64,000 bases of DNA from an uncultured delta proteobacterium (GTDB lineage Bacteria; Myxococcota_A; Polyangia; Fen-1088): assembly GCA_963767925.1 (NCBI GenBank), contig CAVYGB010000008.1:2240001-2304000 (forward strand). The letters are read 5' to 3'. A model generated the notes under the pieces. That model was not told where the DNA came from, ran no database searches, and saw only the letters and a list, made by a program, of their open reading frames with translations. This document shows positions 44,847 to 54,883 of this stretch, piece by piece (positions within the stretch are counted from its first letter, which is position 1; each line of letters begins with the position of its first letter). A program made the translations under genes and the position numbers.

Positions 44847-47430
44847 GCGCCTCGCGAACCGCCGCCTGGACCACCGGCTCGGCCTCCTTCGCCAGGGCCG
44901 CCCGCAAGGTGGCGGCGAGGGCGGGCGCCGAGGTCGGGCTGGCGGTCCCGATCCGTCCGAGGGCCTCCGCGGCCGCCACCCGCACGGTCACGTATTCGTC
45001 GTCGACCAGGCGCTCCTCGAGGGCGGGGATCGCGGCGGGATCGCCCAGCGCGCCCAGCGCGGTCACGGTCTGCTGCCGCCCCATCACCGCCCCGAGGTGA
45101 CCGACGAGGACGGGGGTGGCCCGCCGATCCTCGAGCTTGCCCAGGGCCTCCACGATCGGCCGGCAGACGGCGACCTCCTTGCAGCGGCCCAGCTCCTCGG
45201 CGAGGGCGGGCAAGCCGGCGGCGTTGCCCGCGCGGGCGAGCAGGAGCGCCGCCTGCAGGCGCAGCGCGGGCGGCGATCCCGAAGCAGCCAGGGCGACCAG
45301 CCGCTCGCCGACGGCGGCATCGCCGAGCCGGGCCAGCGCCACCGTGGTCCAGTCGCGCAGGCCGGGTTCGGCCGCGCTCAGGTTGACCCGCAGGGCAGCG
45401 GCGGTGCGGGGCTGGGCGGGCAGCACGGTGGCCAGCAGGCGCGCTGCCTCTTCGCGGATCGGAGCGGGATGTTCGGCCGAGAGCAGGGCGGCCACCGGAT
45501 CCACCGAGGCAGGATCGCCCAGGCGGGCGCGCTCGAGGACGAGCCGATCGGCGCCTCCCGCCGCGGAGCGGGCGAAGCGGGTCTGGTCGGCGACCCAGGC
45601 CTCGAGCTCGCCTCGCAGAGCGGCGACGCGCGCCGGATTTTCGTCGGCCAGGTTCCGCGTCTCGCCGGGATCGGCCCGCAGGTCGTGGTAGGCGCAGAAG
45701 TTCTCCCGGGTCTCGCAGATCAGCTTGTCGGACAGGGAGGCCACCATGCGGGTCTGCTCGAGCTCGGCGAAGGCGTGGCCCAGGCGCGCGGTGGGCGCCG
45801 GCGGCGCGCGCAGCCAGGGTCCCAGGTCGGTCCCCTGCATCCGGACCGGCACCGGGATGTCGAGCAGGCCGAGGACGGTGGGGGCGATGTCGACGAGCTC
45901 GACCGGTCCCGGCACCACCTGGGCGGGCGAGTCCGGGACGGCGATGATGAGCGGCACCCGGATCTGCTCGTCGTAGAGCGAGCTGCCGTGGTAGCGGGAC
46001 TTGTGCTCGTCGAAGGCCTCGCCGTGGTCTGCGGTGACGATGAAGACGGTCCCCGGTCGATGTTTCTCGAAGTAGGCGACGAGGCGGCCGACCGCCGCGT
46101 CGGTGTAGGCGATCTCGCTGTCGTAGCGATCGATGTCCCGGGGGCCGAAGTCGTGGCCGGCCCAGGCCTCGTAGGGCTCGTGGGGCTCGAAGAAATGGAT
46201 CCAGAGAAAGACCCGCCGGGGCCGCTCCTGCTCGAAGAACTCGGCGATCTGCGCCAGCCGGGCGTGGGCGTCGAGGTATTCGACCTTGACGTATTCGAAC
46301 TCGAAGTTGCTCTTCTCGAACTCGCGCAGCTTGTCCGCCTCGACGTAAAACACCGCCTCCGGGTAAAAGGCGGCCGTCTTCCAGCCGTACCGGCGGAGCT
46401 GGAACGGCAAGGCGTCGCTCGACCGTCCTGGCTCCAGCCGGGCCTGGGTCGGGTAATAAAGGCCGGTGAGCATCGAGGTCACCGAAAACGAGGTGTGGGG
46501 CGCCTGGGCGTAGGCCCGCTCGAACCGCACGCCCCGGCGGGCCAGGGCGTCGATGTTGGGCGTGGTGGGCCGGCCGTAGCCGTAAGCGCCGACGTGGTCG
46601 GCGCGGAGCGCGTCCACCGTGATGAGCACGACGTCCGCCTCGCGGCGGATCGGCCCCGGGGCGAGCGGCGCCCCCGCGGCGGCCTCCAGGGAGGCGGAGG
46701 GTCGGGCCAGCGCGCGCCGGGGGGGGCGCAGGGGAGAGGCCCGCACGGCGTGGGCGATGAGGTGGGTCTTCTCGTGGGCGGCGAACAGGAGCAGGTGGCT
46801 GCGCCCGACGATCACGAGCCCCAGGCCAGCGCTGGCGACCGCCAGGACCAGGCCCACCGCCAGGGAACGCCCGGGCTGCCGCCGCGGCGAGCGGGCCAGC
46901 GCCATCCGGAAGGACAGCACGGCCGCCACCACGAGGACCAGCGCCAGGGTGGCGTGGAACCAGGGATAGAGCCGGGGCAGGACGATCCGGTTGGCGAAGA
47001 AGGCGGCCAGCGCCGTCGCCCCCAGCAACCCGGCCCATAGTCGGGCGCTGCGCGCGGGGCGCGCGCCGCTCTCGACCCGCTCGAGGTCAGCCGCCAGTCG
47101 GCCGGCCGCCCAGCCCACGAACGCCAGGCCGGCCAGGAACACGGCCAGGGACAGCAGCGGCCGCCCGGGGATGCGGGCCGCGCGGGTGCCGCCGAACATG
47201 GCCAGGGCGTCGTAAGCCACCACCGGCAAGGCGAGCAGGAGGGCCGCCACCTGGGCGGCGCGACGGGTGAGGACCGGACCGCCCAGGCGGGCGACCGCCG
47301 CGCGCAGGCCGAGGAAGACCAGGGTCGCGACCGCCGCCGCCAGGGCCACACAGCCGAGGCCGACCAGCACCAGGTTGAGATTGGAGAGCCGCCGAGGCAT
47401 CAGGAGGGCGGCCCCGGCGCCGTCCAGCAA
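44770..47430 (-). CDS. Membrane-bound sulfatase/alkaline-phosphatase-superfamily protein with C-terminal HEAT repeats
   Basis: N-terminal TM helices; LITVDALRADH, TPNIDALA, HFFEPH, YDSEI, TADHGE, YHGSSLY; HEAT-like tail; start uncertain. Confidence 0.8.
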   Translation of the reverse strand: MLDGAGAALLMPRRLSNLNLVLVGLGCVALAAAVATLVFLGLRAAVARLGGPVLTRRAAQVAALLLALPVVAYDALAMFGGTRAARIPGRPLLSLAVFLAGLAFVGWAAGRLAADLERVESGARPARSARLWAGLLGATALAAFFANRIVLPRLYPWFHATLALVLVVAAVLSFRMALARSPRRQPGRSLAVGLVLAVASAGLGLVIVGRSHLLLFAAHEKTHLIAHAVRASPLRPPRRALARPSASLEAAAGAPLAPGPIRREADVVLITVDALRADHVGAYGYGRPTTPNIDALARRGVRFERAYAQAPHTSFSVTSMLTGLYYPTQARLEPGRSSDALPFQLRRYGWKTAAFYPEAVFYVEADKLREFEKSNFEFEYVKVEYLDAHARLAQIAEFFEQERPRRVFLWIHFFEPHEPYEAWAGHDFGPRDIDRYDSEIAYTDAAVGRLVAYFEKHRPGTVFIVTADHGEAFDEHKSRYHGSSLYDEQIRVPLIIAVPDSPAQVVPGPVELVDIAPTVLGLLDIPVPVRMQGTDLGPWLRAPPAPTARLGHAFAELEQTRMVASLSDKLICETRENFCAYHDLRADPGETRNLADENPARVAALRGELEAWVADQTRFARSAAGGADRLVLERARLGDPASVDPVAALLSAEHPAPIREEAARLLATVLPAQPRTAAALRVNLSAAEPGLRDWTTVALARLGDAAVGERLVALAASGSPPALRLQAALLLARAGNAAGLPALAEELGRCKEVAVCRPIVEALGKLEDRRATPVLVGHLGAVMGRQQTVTALGALGDPAAIPALEERLVDDEYVTVRVAAAEALGRIGTASPTSAPALAATLRAALAKEAEPVVQAAVREALRVLAPSSPRSSANKARSQRPAPRR

Positions 47431-47462
47431 CCCGGCGGCCGCGCCGCCCAGGAGGGCGGCAG

Positions 47463-48107
47463 CTAGCGGAAGGTGAACCGCAGCTCGTAGTCGCAGATGT
47501 TGAATACGTCGCCCTCTTCGATGCGCTTGTTGTCGATGCGCACGCCGTTGTAGTCGATCCCGTTTGTCGAGCCGAGATCCTTGATGAAGTAGGCGCCGTT
47601 GCGGCGAATCACGGCGGCGTGCTTGCGCGAGATGTTCCCGTCACGGATGGGCAGGTCCGAGGACTTGGACCCCCGTCCGATGATGAACTGTTCCTTGTCG
47701 ACGAGGTACTTCTGGCTCTGGAAGACCAGATAGAGCGCCGGGGCGGCGAGGTTCTCCACCTCCGGAGGCTCCAGGGGGGCCGCCCGGGCCGCCGCCTGGG
47801 GCGCGGGCAACTGGCTGGCCGCGGCCGCACGTACCGGCAGGGCCGACGTGCGCAGCGAGCCCGGCGTTCCCCCCTGCACCGGCCGCCGCGCCGGCGGGGG
47901 CGGAGGCGCTGTCCGCCCGGGGGTCGGGCGGGGACCGTCGTTGTCGGTCGGCAAATAGCCCTTCTCGCGGGCAAAGAACCGCATCGCCTCGTTGACCAGC
48001 TCGTCCACGCCGCGGTCGAGGTCTTCCGACATGCGCTCGAAGCTGTGCCAGAGGGAATCTCGGCAATAAAAATGTCGCAGGGTCTTCCTGTTTGGGTCAG
48101 CCGTCAT
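47463..48107 (-). CDS. FHA-domain protein
   Basis: IIGRG...ISRKHA...DLGSTNG. Confidence 0.9.
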   Translation of the reverse strand: MTADPNRKTLRHFYCRDSLWHSFERMSEDLDRGVDELVNEAMRFFAREKGYLPTDNDGPRPTPGRTAPPPPPARRPVQGGTPGSLRTSALPVRAAAASQLPAPQAAARAAPLEPPEVENLAAPALYLVFQSQKYLVDKEQFIIGRGSKSSDLPIRDGNISRKHAAVIRRNGAYFIKDLGSTNGIDYNGVRIDNKRIEEGDVFNICDYELRFTFR

Positions 48108-48131
48108 CGGATGTCTCGGCGCCCCCCGGCC

Positions 48132-49433
48132 TTACGGTTTACCACCGTCTGCCCGAGTCTGCAGAATTCCCGCGATGCGCGCCGCTTCACGGCCCACCGT
48201 GGCTCCGGCAGGAAACCCACGCACCGTCGCCCGATCGCCGGTCAGCTTGGCCACCTCGGGTCCGTCGGCGGCGGTGCCGACCGCCTCGAACGCCAGCACG
48301 GCGGTCATGCGGGCCAGCGGTGAACGCGAGGTGAGGGACTTGACGATGGCCGGACGGGCCGCGATCCCGACCTTCTGGATGTCCTTGACCAGGAAGTCGA
48401 CGACGTCTTCTCGCTTGTAGGAGGCAGCAGCGGGGAAGGCCTCCAGGGCCGCCGGGATGACGGCCTCCTTGCCGATCGCCACGGCCGTCTCGTAGGCCCG
48501 GTAGCGGACGATCGGATCGGGATCGGTGACGATGACCCGGATGGCGCCTTCGGCCGCCTCCGGTGTCCCCACGTACTCCAGGAGCCCGAACATCTCGTCC
48601 CGCACGGCCTTGTTCGCCCGCTGATCTCCCGCCATGCGCATGGCGAAGTTGACCAGGGCGGGGGTGCGCGGCCCCTGTTGCAGGGCCTGCGCGGCGAGCA
48701 CGGCGTCGCGCTCGTGGCCCTTTTCGACCTTCTCCTGCAAGAACGCCAGGGCGCTCGCGCCGCCCAGCAGGCCGAGCGAGCGCCAGAGCTGGGGGGGCAC
48801 CGAAGGCAGCCCGGCCGCCTTGCCGACCAGGCTCTTTCCCCCGCGCTCGCGGGTCTCGGGATCGCCGACCTTGGCCAGCAGGTCCACCACCCCGAGATAA
48901 GGTGCGTTCGGGTCTTCCAGGATCTGCAGCAACATCGGGCCGGCGGTGGTTCCCACCGCCTGGAGGATCACCTCCACCGAATAGCGGCCTCCCGAGACGC
49001 GTCCCGCCCGCAGCTCCCGGGACAGCGCCGGCAACAGGACGGCGTCGACCAGTGCCTGCTCGGCGGGCGGCAGCTGGGTCCGGAGGGCAAAGAGGGTGTC
49101 GCGGGCCTCCCGGGCCTTGGTGACCTCGGCCGCCTGCACGACCCCCGCCAGCAGGGGGACCAGCTCGGCGGCCACTGCCGTGCGGGCGGCCGGTGTCAGG
49201 CCGGTGAGGGTCCGCTCGGCGGTCTCGGCCTCGCCGATCTCGACCAGAGCCAGCGCGGCCTCCGCCCGCAGCTTGGGCGCCACCGCGCCGTCGGCCAGGG
49301 CGCCCTCGAGCTTGCGGGGGCCCTTGGCGGTCCCCTTCCAGCGCTGGATGTTGCCGGAGTCGACGTTGTCACACGCCAGTCCCAGCGAGACCCACGCCCC
49401 GAGTGTGGCGGCGGCGATGGCCCACCTTTTCAT
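48132..49433 (-). CDS. HEAT/ARM-repeat lipoprotein
   Basis: Lipobox LGLAC; helical repeats (LRAEAALAL, VRYRAYE, ARMTAVLAF). Confidence 0.65.
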   Translation of the reverse strand: MKRWAIAAATLGAWVSLGLACDNVDSGNIQRWKGTAKGPRKLEGALADGAVAPKLRAEAALALVEIGEAETAERTLTGLTPAARTAVAAELVPLLAGVVQAAEVTKAREARDTLFALRTQLPPAEQALVDAVLLPALSRELRAGRVSGGRYSVEVILQAVGTTAGPMLLQILEDPNAPYLGVVDLLAKVGDPETRERGGKSLVGKAAGLPSVPPQLWRSLGLLGGASALAFLQEKVEKGHERDAVLAAQALQQGPRTPALVNFAMRMAGDQRANKAVRDEMFGLLEYVGTPEAAEGAIRVIVTDPDPIVRYRAYETAVAIGKEAVIPAALEAFPAAASYKREDVVDFLVKDIQKVGIAARPAIVKSLTSRSPLARMTAVLAFEAVGTAADGPEVAKLTGDRATVRGFPAGATVGREAARIAGILQTRADGGKP

Positions 49434-49639
49434 GGAAGACGGGCATGTTATCCAGTGGATCTTTTTTCGGTCAAGTTACCCGACGTCCTCGAGCAAGGAA
49501 GTTTGGTTTTCCCCTTCCTCCGCCACCTGACCGCTAACGGGCGGCGGCCGCCGCCGTGGCCCCTCTCCTGGGGGCCCCCTGGTCACGGGGCCCTCGGTTG
49601 CGGGGCCCGGGGGGTTCGGCTAACGTCGGAAGGCCCTTG

Positions 49640-51154
49640 ATGTCCGCCGGCAACGGGCGCTGTCTCCCGATAACGTCCACCGTGGCGCTGGCGGCAGCCC
49701 TCGTCCTGCCGGCCAGCGCGACCGGCAGCCCGCTCGACGATCCTCACATCGGGGGCATCGGCTTTTCCAGCCCGGCCGCTCCCGAGCTGTCTTCCATCTA
49801 CTGGAACCCGGCGGCCGTGGGCCTCGTGACGGGCAACCAGGCCACGGTCGGAGGCACGGGCCGCTTCAGCAGCCTCGGTCTGACCCGCGCTCCCATCGAC
49901 CCGGCCAGCGGGCTGCCCGGTGGCTCGCGGACGTTTTCCCCGGCCAGCGGCCGGAGCCGCCTGCACCCCATCGGGTGGCCGCTCGGTCCAGGGGGGTTCC
50001 TGGGACTCACCGCCTCGGTGGGGACCCGGTTCACCTTTGGCCTGGCCACCTACTCCCCCTTCAACCAGCAGGTCAGCTGGTCGGCGACGCCCGACGGGAG
50101 CGAGCCGGCGCGCTACCACGCCGTCGCCACCGATCTGCGCAATCTGGCGCTGGTGCCTGCCGTCTCCATCCGGCTCGGAAGCGGCGTCCGCTTCGGGGCC
50201 GCCCCCGGGTTCCTGCTCTCGGTGGGCCGGCTGGTTGTCGACCAGGACACCGCCCTCTCGCCCACCGATCCTCCCTCCTGCGCGGGGGCGCCCTGCGGGC
50301 CCGAGAACCCGGCCGCGGCGGCCCGCTACGACGTCTCCTCGGGCTTCGACCTCCTCGACGGCTCGCTCTCGCTGACCGTGGCGGGCGGATTGCACATCGA
50401 TCGCCCGAAGTGGATGTTCGGGGTGGCCTTCATCAGCCGGCCGCTCGGCACCCGCGAGGGGGTCGAGATCAAGGGGCGCGTGACCCAGATCCAGCCCGCG
50501 GCGGCCGCGGTCGGCCCACCCCTGTGCCCGGCCGAGACCACGTCGTGCCTCTGGAGCCAGGCGGTCTACCAGCTCCCGGACACGCTGACCGCCGGGCTCG
50601 ACCTGAGGCTCGCTGAGGGCTGGCTGGTCGGGGGCGTAGTCCGCTGGCTCAACCTCTCCCGCCACGAGGCCATCCGGATCCGGGTGGTCGGCCCGGCCAG
50701 CAGCAGCCTGCGGGCGCTGGCCCTGCCCGAGGAGCTGGTCCTTTACCGGGGGCTGCGCGACGTCTTCGACGTGCGCCTGCGGGCGGTCCATCGCCTGCGC
50801 GACTGGATCGAGATCGGCGCCGTCCTGCGGGGCGAGAGCGCCGCCGTCCGATCCGAGGACCTGTCGGCTGGCTTCGTCGACGGGGCCAAGATCGAGCCCG
50901 CCCTGGCGGTTCGCCTCCGGATTGGCTCCGGCTTCTCCCTGTCGGCGGGGTATGCCTTCACCTTCGTTCCCGGGCGGGAGGTCGACCGCTCGGCCTTCGA
51001 TCCCGGGGTCGAGGGCGCCTGCGTGCAGGTCGGTGGGGACCTCGCCAGCGAGCCTTGCCGCAAGCGCCAGGCGGGGCTGGGCCGCCCGAGCGCCGCCGGC
51101 CGGTACCGCCTCCACACCCACAACATGAGCCTGACGCTCACCGCGCAGCTCTAG
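49640..51154 (+). CDS. FadL/OmpP1-family outer-membrane transporter
   Basis: Signal peptide, SSIYWNPAAVGL hatch motif, FGLATYSPF, QLPDTL, beta-strand pattern. Confidence 0.72.
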   Translation: MSAGNGRCLPITSTVALAAALVLPASATGSPLDDPHIGGIGFSSPAAPELSSIYWNPAAVGLVTGNQATVGGTGRFSSLGLTRAPIDPASGLPGGSRTFSPASGRSRLHPIGWPLGPGGFLGLTASVGTRFTFGLATYSPFNQQVSWSATPDGSEPARYHAVATDLRNLALVPAVSIRLGSGVRFGAAPGFLLSVGRLVVDQDTALSPTDPPSCAGAPCGPENPAAAARYDVSSGFDLLDGSLSLTVAGGLHIDRPKWMFGVAFISRPLGTREGVEIKGRVTQIQPAAAAVGPPLCPAETTSCLWSQAVYQLPDTLTAGLDLRLAEGWLVGGVVRWLNLSRHEAIRIRVVGPASSSLRALALPEELVLYRGLRDVFDVRLRAVHRLRDWIEIGAVLRGESAAVRSEDLSAGFVDGAKIEPALAVRLRIGSGFSLSAGYAFTFVPGREVDRSAFDPGVEGACVQVGGDLASEPCRKRQAGLGRPSAAGRYRLHTHNMSLTLTAQL

Positions 51155-51180
51155 CGGGAATGGTTTAAATAGAGGTGGTC

Positions 51181-52608
51181 ATGGGCAAGACGTCGTCCTT
51201 TGCGGCCCTCTCGCTGGTCGGAGTTTCCTGCGCCAGCGTGGGGTCGCTGCTGGGCACCGGGCGCGACCGGACGCCGCGGCCGAAGGCGGCCCCGGTGGAG
51301 GTCCCCAGCCGCGCACTGGTCAGCGAGGCGCCCCTGGGACCGCTCACCATCCAGAAGTGGCGCTACCGCAACGGGCTCGAGGTGGTCCTGGTCCCCGACC
51401 CGGCCGCCACCAGCGTGGCCTACATGACCTGGTTCCGGGTCGGCTCGCGCGACGAGGACGCGGCCGCCGGCGAGACCGGTCTGGCCCACCTGTTCGAGCA
51501 CCTCATGTTCACCCAGACCCGCAGCGCGAGCGCGCCGGGGGAGTTCGATCGCCGCATGGAGGAGGCGGGCGCCCACACCAACGCCATGACCTACTACGAC
51601 TTCACGGCCTACATCGACGAGCTGCCCGCCAGCGCCTTGCCGCTGACCATCGAGCTCGAGGCCGATCGCATGGTGAACCTGGCGCTGACCGAGCAGCAGG
51701 TCAGCACCGAACGGGACGTCGTGGCCGAGGAGCGGCTCGGCGTCGTCGACGACAGCGTCGACGGAACCCTCGACGAGACGCTTTACGGGCAGGCCTACCA
51801 GCGCCACCCCTACCGCTACCCGGTGATCGGCCGCATGGAGGACATCCAGGCCGTCACCAAGGACAAGGCCACCCACTTTTACCGGACGTATTACGCCCCC
51901 AACAACGCGGTGGTGGTGGTCGCCGGCCGCTTCGAGGTGGAGCCGGTCCTGGAGGGCATCGAGCGCCACTACGGCGCCATCCCCGCCTCGGACACCCTGC
52001 CCGCCTCCGCGATCACCCCCGAGTCGGCCCCGGCGGTGGCGGCGCGAACCGAGATCGCCCGGCCGGTTCCCGCCGACCGCTTCGTGGTCGGCCTGCCCGC
52101 CCCGGCCCTGGCGGCGCCCGACCGGGCCGCCTTCGAAGTGCTCGACGAGATCCTCACGGGTGGGCCCTCGGCCCGGCTCTACCGGCGGCTGGTGGTGCAG
52201 GAGGAGATCGCCTCTTCGGTGGACGGCAGCCCGGCCGCCACCCGGGACCCCGGCCTCTACACCTTGTGGGTGCAGATGCGGCGGGGGCACCGGGCGGAAG
52301 AGGCCGAGGCGCTGCTGACGGCCGAGATGGAGGCCCTGGCCCGGACGCCCCCTTCGGAGGCCGACCTGGCCAAGGCCAAGAACCGGATCGAGACCGGGTT
52401 CTGGCGGGCCCTGGCCTCCAGCGAGGGCAAGGCCACCCAGCTCGGTGAGTTCGAGGTGGTGGCCGGCGACTACCGCAAGCTGCTGGAGCGCCCGGCGGAG
52501 ATCACGCGTGTGACCGCCGCCGACGTCCAGCGCGCCGCCGGGCAATACCTGGCAGGGCGGCCGCGGGTGGTGGTCGTCGCGCGCCCGGCGCCGCCCGCCC
52601 GACCATGA
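51181..52608 (+). CDS. M16B zinc peptidase, catalytic subunit
   Basis: TGLAHLFEHLMF (HxxEH), NAMTYYDFTAY, HPYRYPVIG, YYAPNNA, SARLYRRLV. Confidence 0.93.
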   Translation: MGKTSSFAALSLVGVSCASVGSLLGTGRDRTPRPKAAPVEVPSRALVSEAPLGPLTIQKWRYRNGLEVVLVPDPAATSVAYMTWFRVGSRDEDAAAGETGLAHLFEHLMFTQTRSASAPGEFDRRMEEAGAHTNAMTYYDFTAYIDELPASALPLTIELEADRMVNLALTEQQVSTERDVVAEERLGVVDDSVDGTLDETLYGQAYQRHPYRYPVIGRMEDIQAVTKDKATHFYRTYYAPNNAVVVVAGRFEVEPVLEGIERHYGAIPASDTLPASAITPESAPAVAARTEIARPVPADRFVVGLPAPALAAPDRAAFEVLDEILTGGPSARLYRRLVVQEEIASSVDGSPAATRDPGLYTLWVQMRRGHRAEEAEALLTAEMEALARTPPSEADLAKAKNRIETGFWRALASSEGKATQLGEFEVVAGDYRKLLERPAEITRVTAADVQRAAGQYLAGRPRVVVVARPAPPARP

Positions 52609-53999
52609 GGTCCGACCTTGCACGCCCAGCTACGGTTCTCCTCATGGCGGTAGGCACCCTGCTCTCGAGTCCCACCGTCGAGGCGGGCGCCCGGCAGGGG
52701 ACCGGCCCGGCCGGCGCGCGGGTGCTGGTCGACCAGGCCCCTGCCCTGCCCCTCGTGTGGGTGACGGTCGCCGCCCGGACCGGCTCGGCGGACGATCCCA
52801 AGGGCAAGGAAGGACTGGCCACGTTCGCCGCGGAGCTGGCCCGCCGGGGCGCGGGCGGACGGCCCCGGGCCGCGCTCGACGACGCCCTCGACGGCCTGGG
52901 GGCCACCCTGGCGGTGGACGTGGATCAGGATTCGGTCCGGCTGGCCGGACAGGTGCTGGTGCGCCACCTCGACGCCTTCCTCGATCTGCTGGCCCACGTG
53001 GTCCTGCGGCCCGACTTCCCCGCCGACGAGCTGGAGCGGACGCGCAAGGAGCTCGTCGCCCAGCTCGAGGAGGCGCGCAACGACGACCAGGCGCTGTGCG
53101 CGCGCTTCTTCGAGCGGCGCCTGTACGGCGATCACCCCTACGGCCGGCCCCCCGAAGGGACCGCCAAGAGCCTGGCCCGGCTCCGCCGCGACGACGTCGT
53201 CCGGCAACACGCCCGGGCCTTCGTCGGCCGCAACCTGATCTTCGCCGCGGCCGGCGGCATCACGCTGGAAGACTTCACCGCCCGCCTGCAGAGCCGCTTC
53301 GCCGAGCTGGCGCCCGGGGTCGAAGAGCCGCCGGTCGAGCTGCCTACTCCCCCGCCGCACGAGGGCTGGCGCCTGCAGCTCGTGGACAAGCCCGATCGGC
53401 AGCAGACCCAGATCATGTTCGGCCACCCCACCCTGCCGGCCAGCCATCCCGACCGCATCCCGCTGGCCCTGGCCCTCGCCACCTTCGGCGGCCGGGGGAT
53501 GACGTCCACCCTGATGGACGAGGTGCGCACGAAGCGCGGACTGGCCTATGGGGCGTACATGAGCCTGGCCAGCCGTCGAGGGCCCGGGGCGGTGCGGGGC
53601 TGGGTCTTCACCTCGGTCAAGCGCACGGTGACAACCCTGAAGCTCGTCCTCCGGCTGTATCGGCAGCTCCGCAAGGGGGGCATCGCCGAGGACCGCCTGC
53701 GCTTCTTCCAGGGCTTCGTGGCCGGGACCCACGCCTCCGAGATGGACGATCCCGCGCGCCGGCTGGACGCGCGCGTGACAGCGGAGACGCGCGGCCTGCC
53801 CGGCGACGACATCGACACCTTCGCCGAGCGCATCCGGGCGGTCAGCCCGGCCGAGGTCAAGGGCGCCCTCGCGCGGCACATCGATCCAGAGAACCTGGCC
53901 ATCACCCTGGTTGCCACCTCCGACGTCGTCCGCCCGCTCCTCCTGCGCTCGGGCATCGCCGAGGGGGCCATCGACGTGGTCCCCTTCGACTCGTATTGA
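52605..53999 (+). CDS. M16B peptidase, non-catalytic partner subunit
   Basis: GSADDPKGKEGLA, DHPYGRP, LMDEVRTKRGLAYG; lacks HxxEH; ATGA overlap with previous gene. Confidence 0.88.
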   Translation: MRSDLARPATVLLMAVGTLLSSPTVEAGARQGTGPAGARVLVDQAPALPLVWVTVAARTGSADDPKGKEGLATFAAELARRGAGGRPRAALDDALDGLGATLAVDVDQDSVRLAGQVLVRHLDAFLDLLAHVVLRPDFPADELERTRKELVAQLEEARNDDQALCARFFERRLYGDHPYGRPPEGTAKSLARLRRDDVVRQHARAFVGRNLIFAAAGGITLEDFTARLQSRFAELAPGVEEPPVELPTPPPHEGWRLQLVDKPDRQQTQIMFGHPTLPASHPDRIPLALALATFGGRGMTSTLMDEVRTKRGLAYGAYMSLASRRGPGAVRGWVFTSVKRTVTTLKLVLRLYRQLRKGGIAEDRLRFFQGFVAGTHASEMDDPARRLDARVTAETRGLPGDDIDTFAERIRAVSPAEVKGALARHIDPENLAITLVATSDVVRPLLLRSGIAEGAIDVVPFDSY

Positions 54000-54006
54000 A
54001 GTCCCC

Positions 54007-54816
54007 TCAGGCGCCGGTCAGCGCCCTGCGGGCGGCGGCCGGATCGTTGGTGATGATCGCGTCGACCCCCATGGCCGCCAGGGCACGCAGGCGGGTGGGG
54101 TCGTCGACCGTCCAGGTGTTCACCCGATAGCCGGCCCGGTGCCAGCGCTCGACCCGGTCCGGCTGACACAGAGAGGCCTCGGGGTGCGCGGCGGCCGGCC
54201 GCAACAGGGGCAACGTGAGGGCCCTGGCCAGCTCCAGCGGGCCCCCGGCCTCGAACAGCAGGGCGCAGGGGACCCGCGGCTCGGCGCCCTTCCACAGCCC
54301 CACCGCCCGCGGGTCGAACGAGGACACGATCACGCGGTCTTCTGTCCGGCAGCGCCGGATCGACGTGCGCACCCCCTCGACCAGCCGGGGCAGGTCCCGG
54401 TCGAACAGCCCCCCGCTCTTCAGCTCCACGTTCACGAGGAGCGTGGGCCCAGAGGCCTCGAAGGCCTCGTCAAGCAGGGGGATACCGCCCCCGCCCCGCA
54501 GCCGGACCGTGCGCAGGAACGAAAGGTTCCGGCCCGCCACCCGGTCGGGGCGGTCGGCGAGCCGGCTCAGGTCGTCGTCGTGGAAGACGACAACCTCGCC
54601 GGTCCGGCAGCAGAGCACGTCGAGCTCGACCCCGTCGGCGCGGTCACGCGCTGCGCGTTCGAACGCGGCGAGGGTGTTCTCGGTGGCCTGCGCGCTGGCG
54701 CCCCGGTGGCCGATGATCAAGGGCCGGGGGGCCGGTCCATCCCACCCTGTCTTCCTCCCCGTCGTCCCCGCCGTCGTCCTCCCCGACTTGCCCGCCCCGC
54801 CGTCGTCCCCGTCCAT
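54007..54816 (-). CDS. Glycerophosphodiester phosphodiesterase
   Basis: IIGHRGAS...ENTLAAF, GVELDV, VVFHD, NVELK, SSFD, WTVD, IITNDP. Confidence 0.93.
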   Translation of the reverse strand: MDGDDGGAGKSGRTTAGTTGRKTGWDGPAPRPLIIGHRGASAQATENTLAAFERAARDRADGVELDVLCCRTGEVVVFHDDDLSRLADRPDRVAGRNLSFLRTVRLRGGGGIPLLDEAFEASGPTLLVNVELKSGGLFDRDLPRLVEGVRTSIRRCRTEDRVIVSSFDPRAVGLWKGAEPRVPCALLFEAGGPLELARALTLPLLRPAAAHPEASLCQPDRVERWHRAGYRVNTWTVDDPTRLRALAAMGVDAIITNDPAAARRALTGA

Positions 54817-54883
54817 GGAATCATATATATAGCGCCCGGGCGCATATAGCGTCGGACCGGGGCGGGCGATAGACTTCCACATC

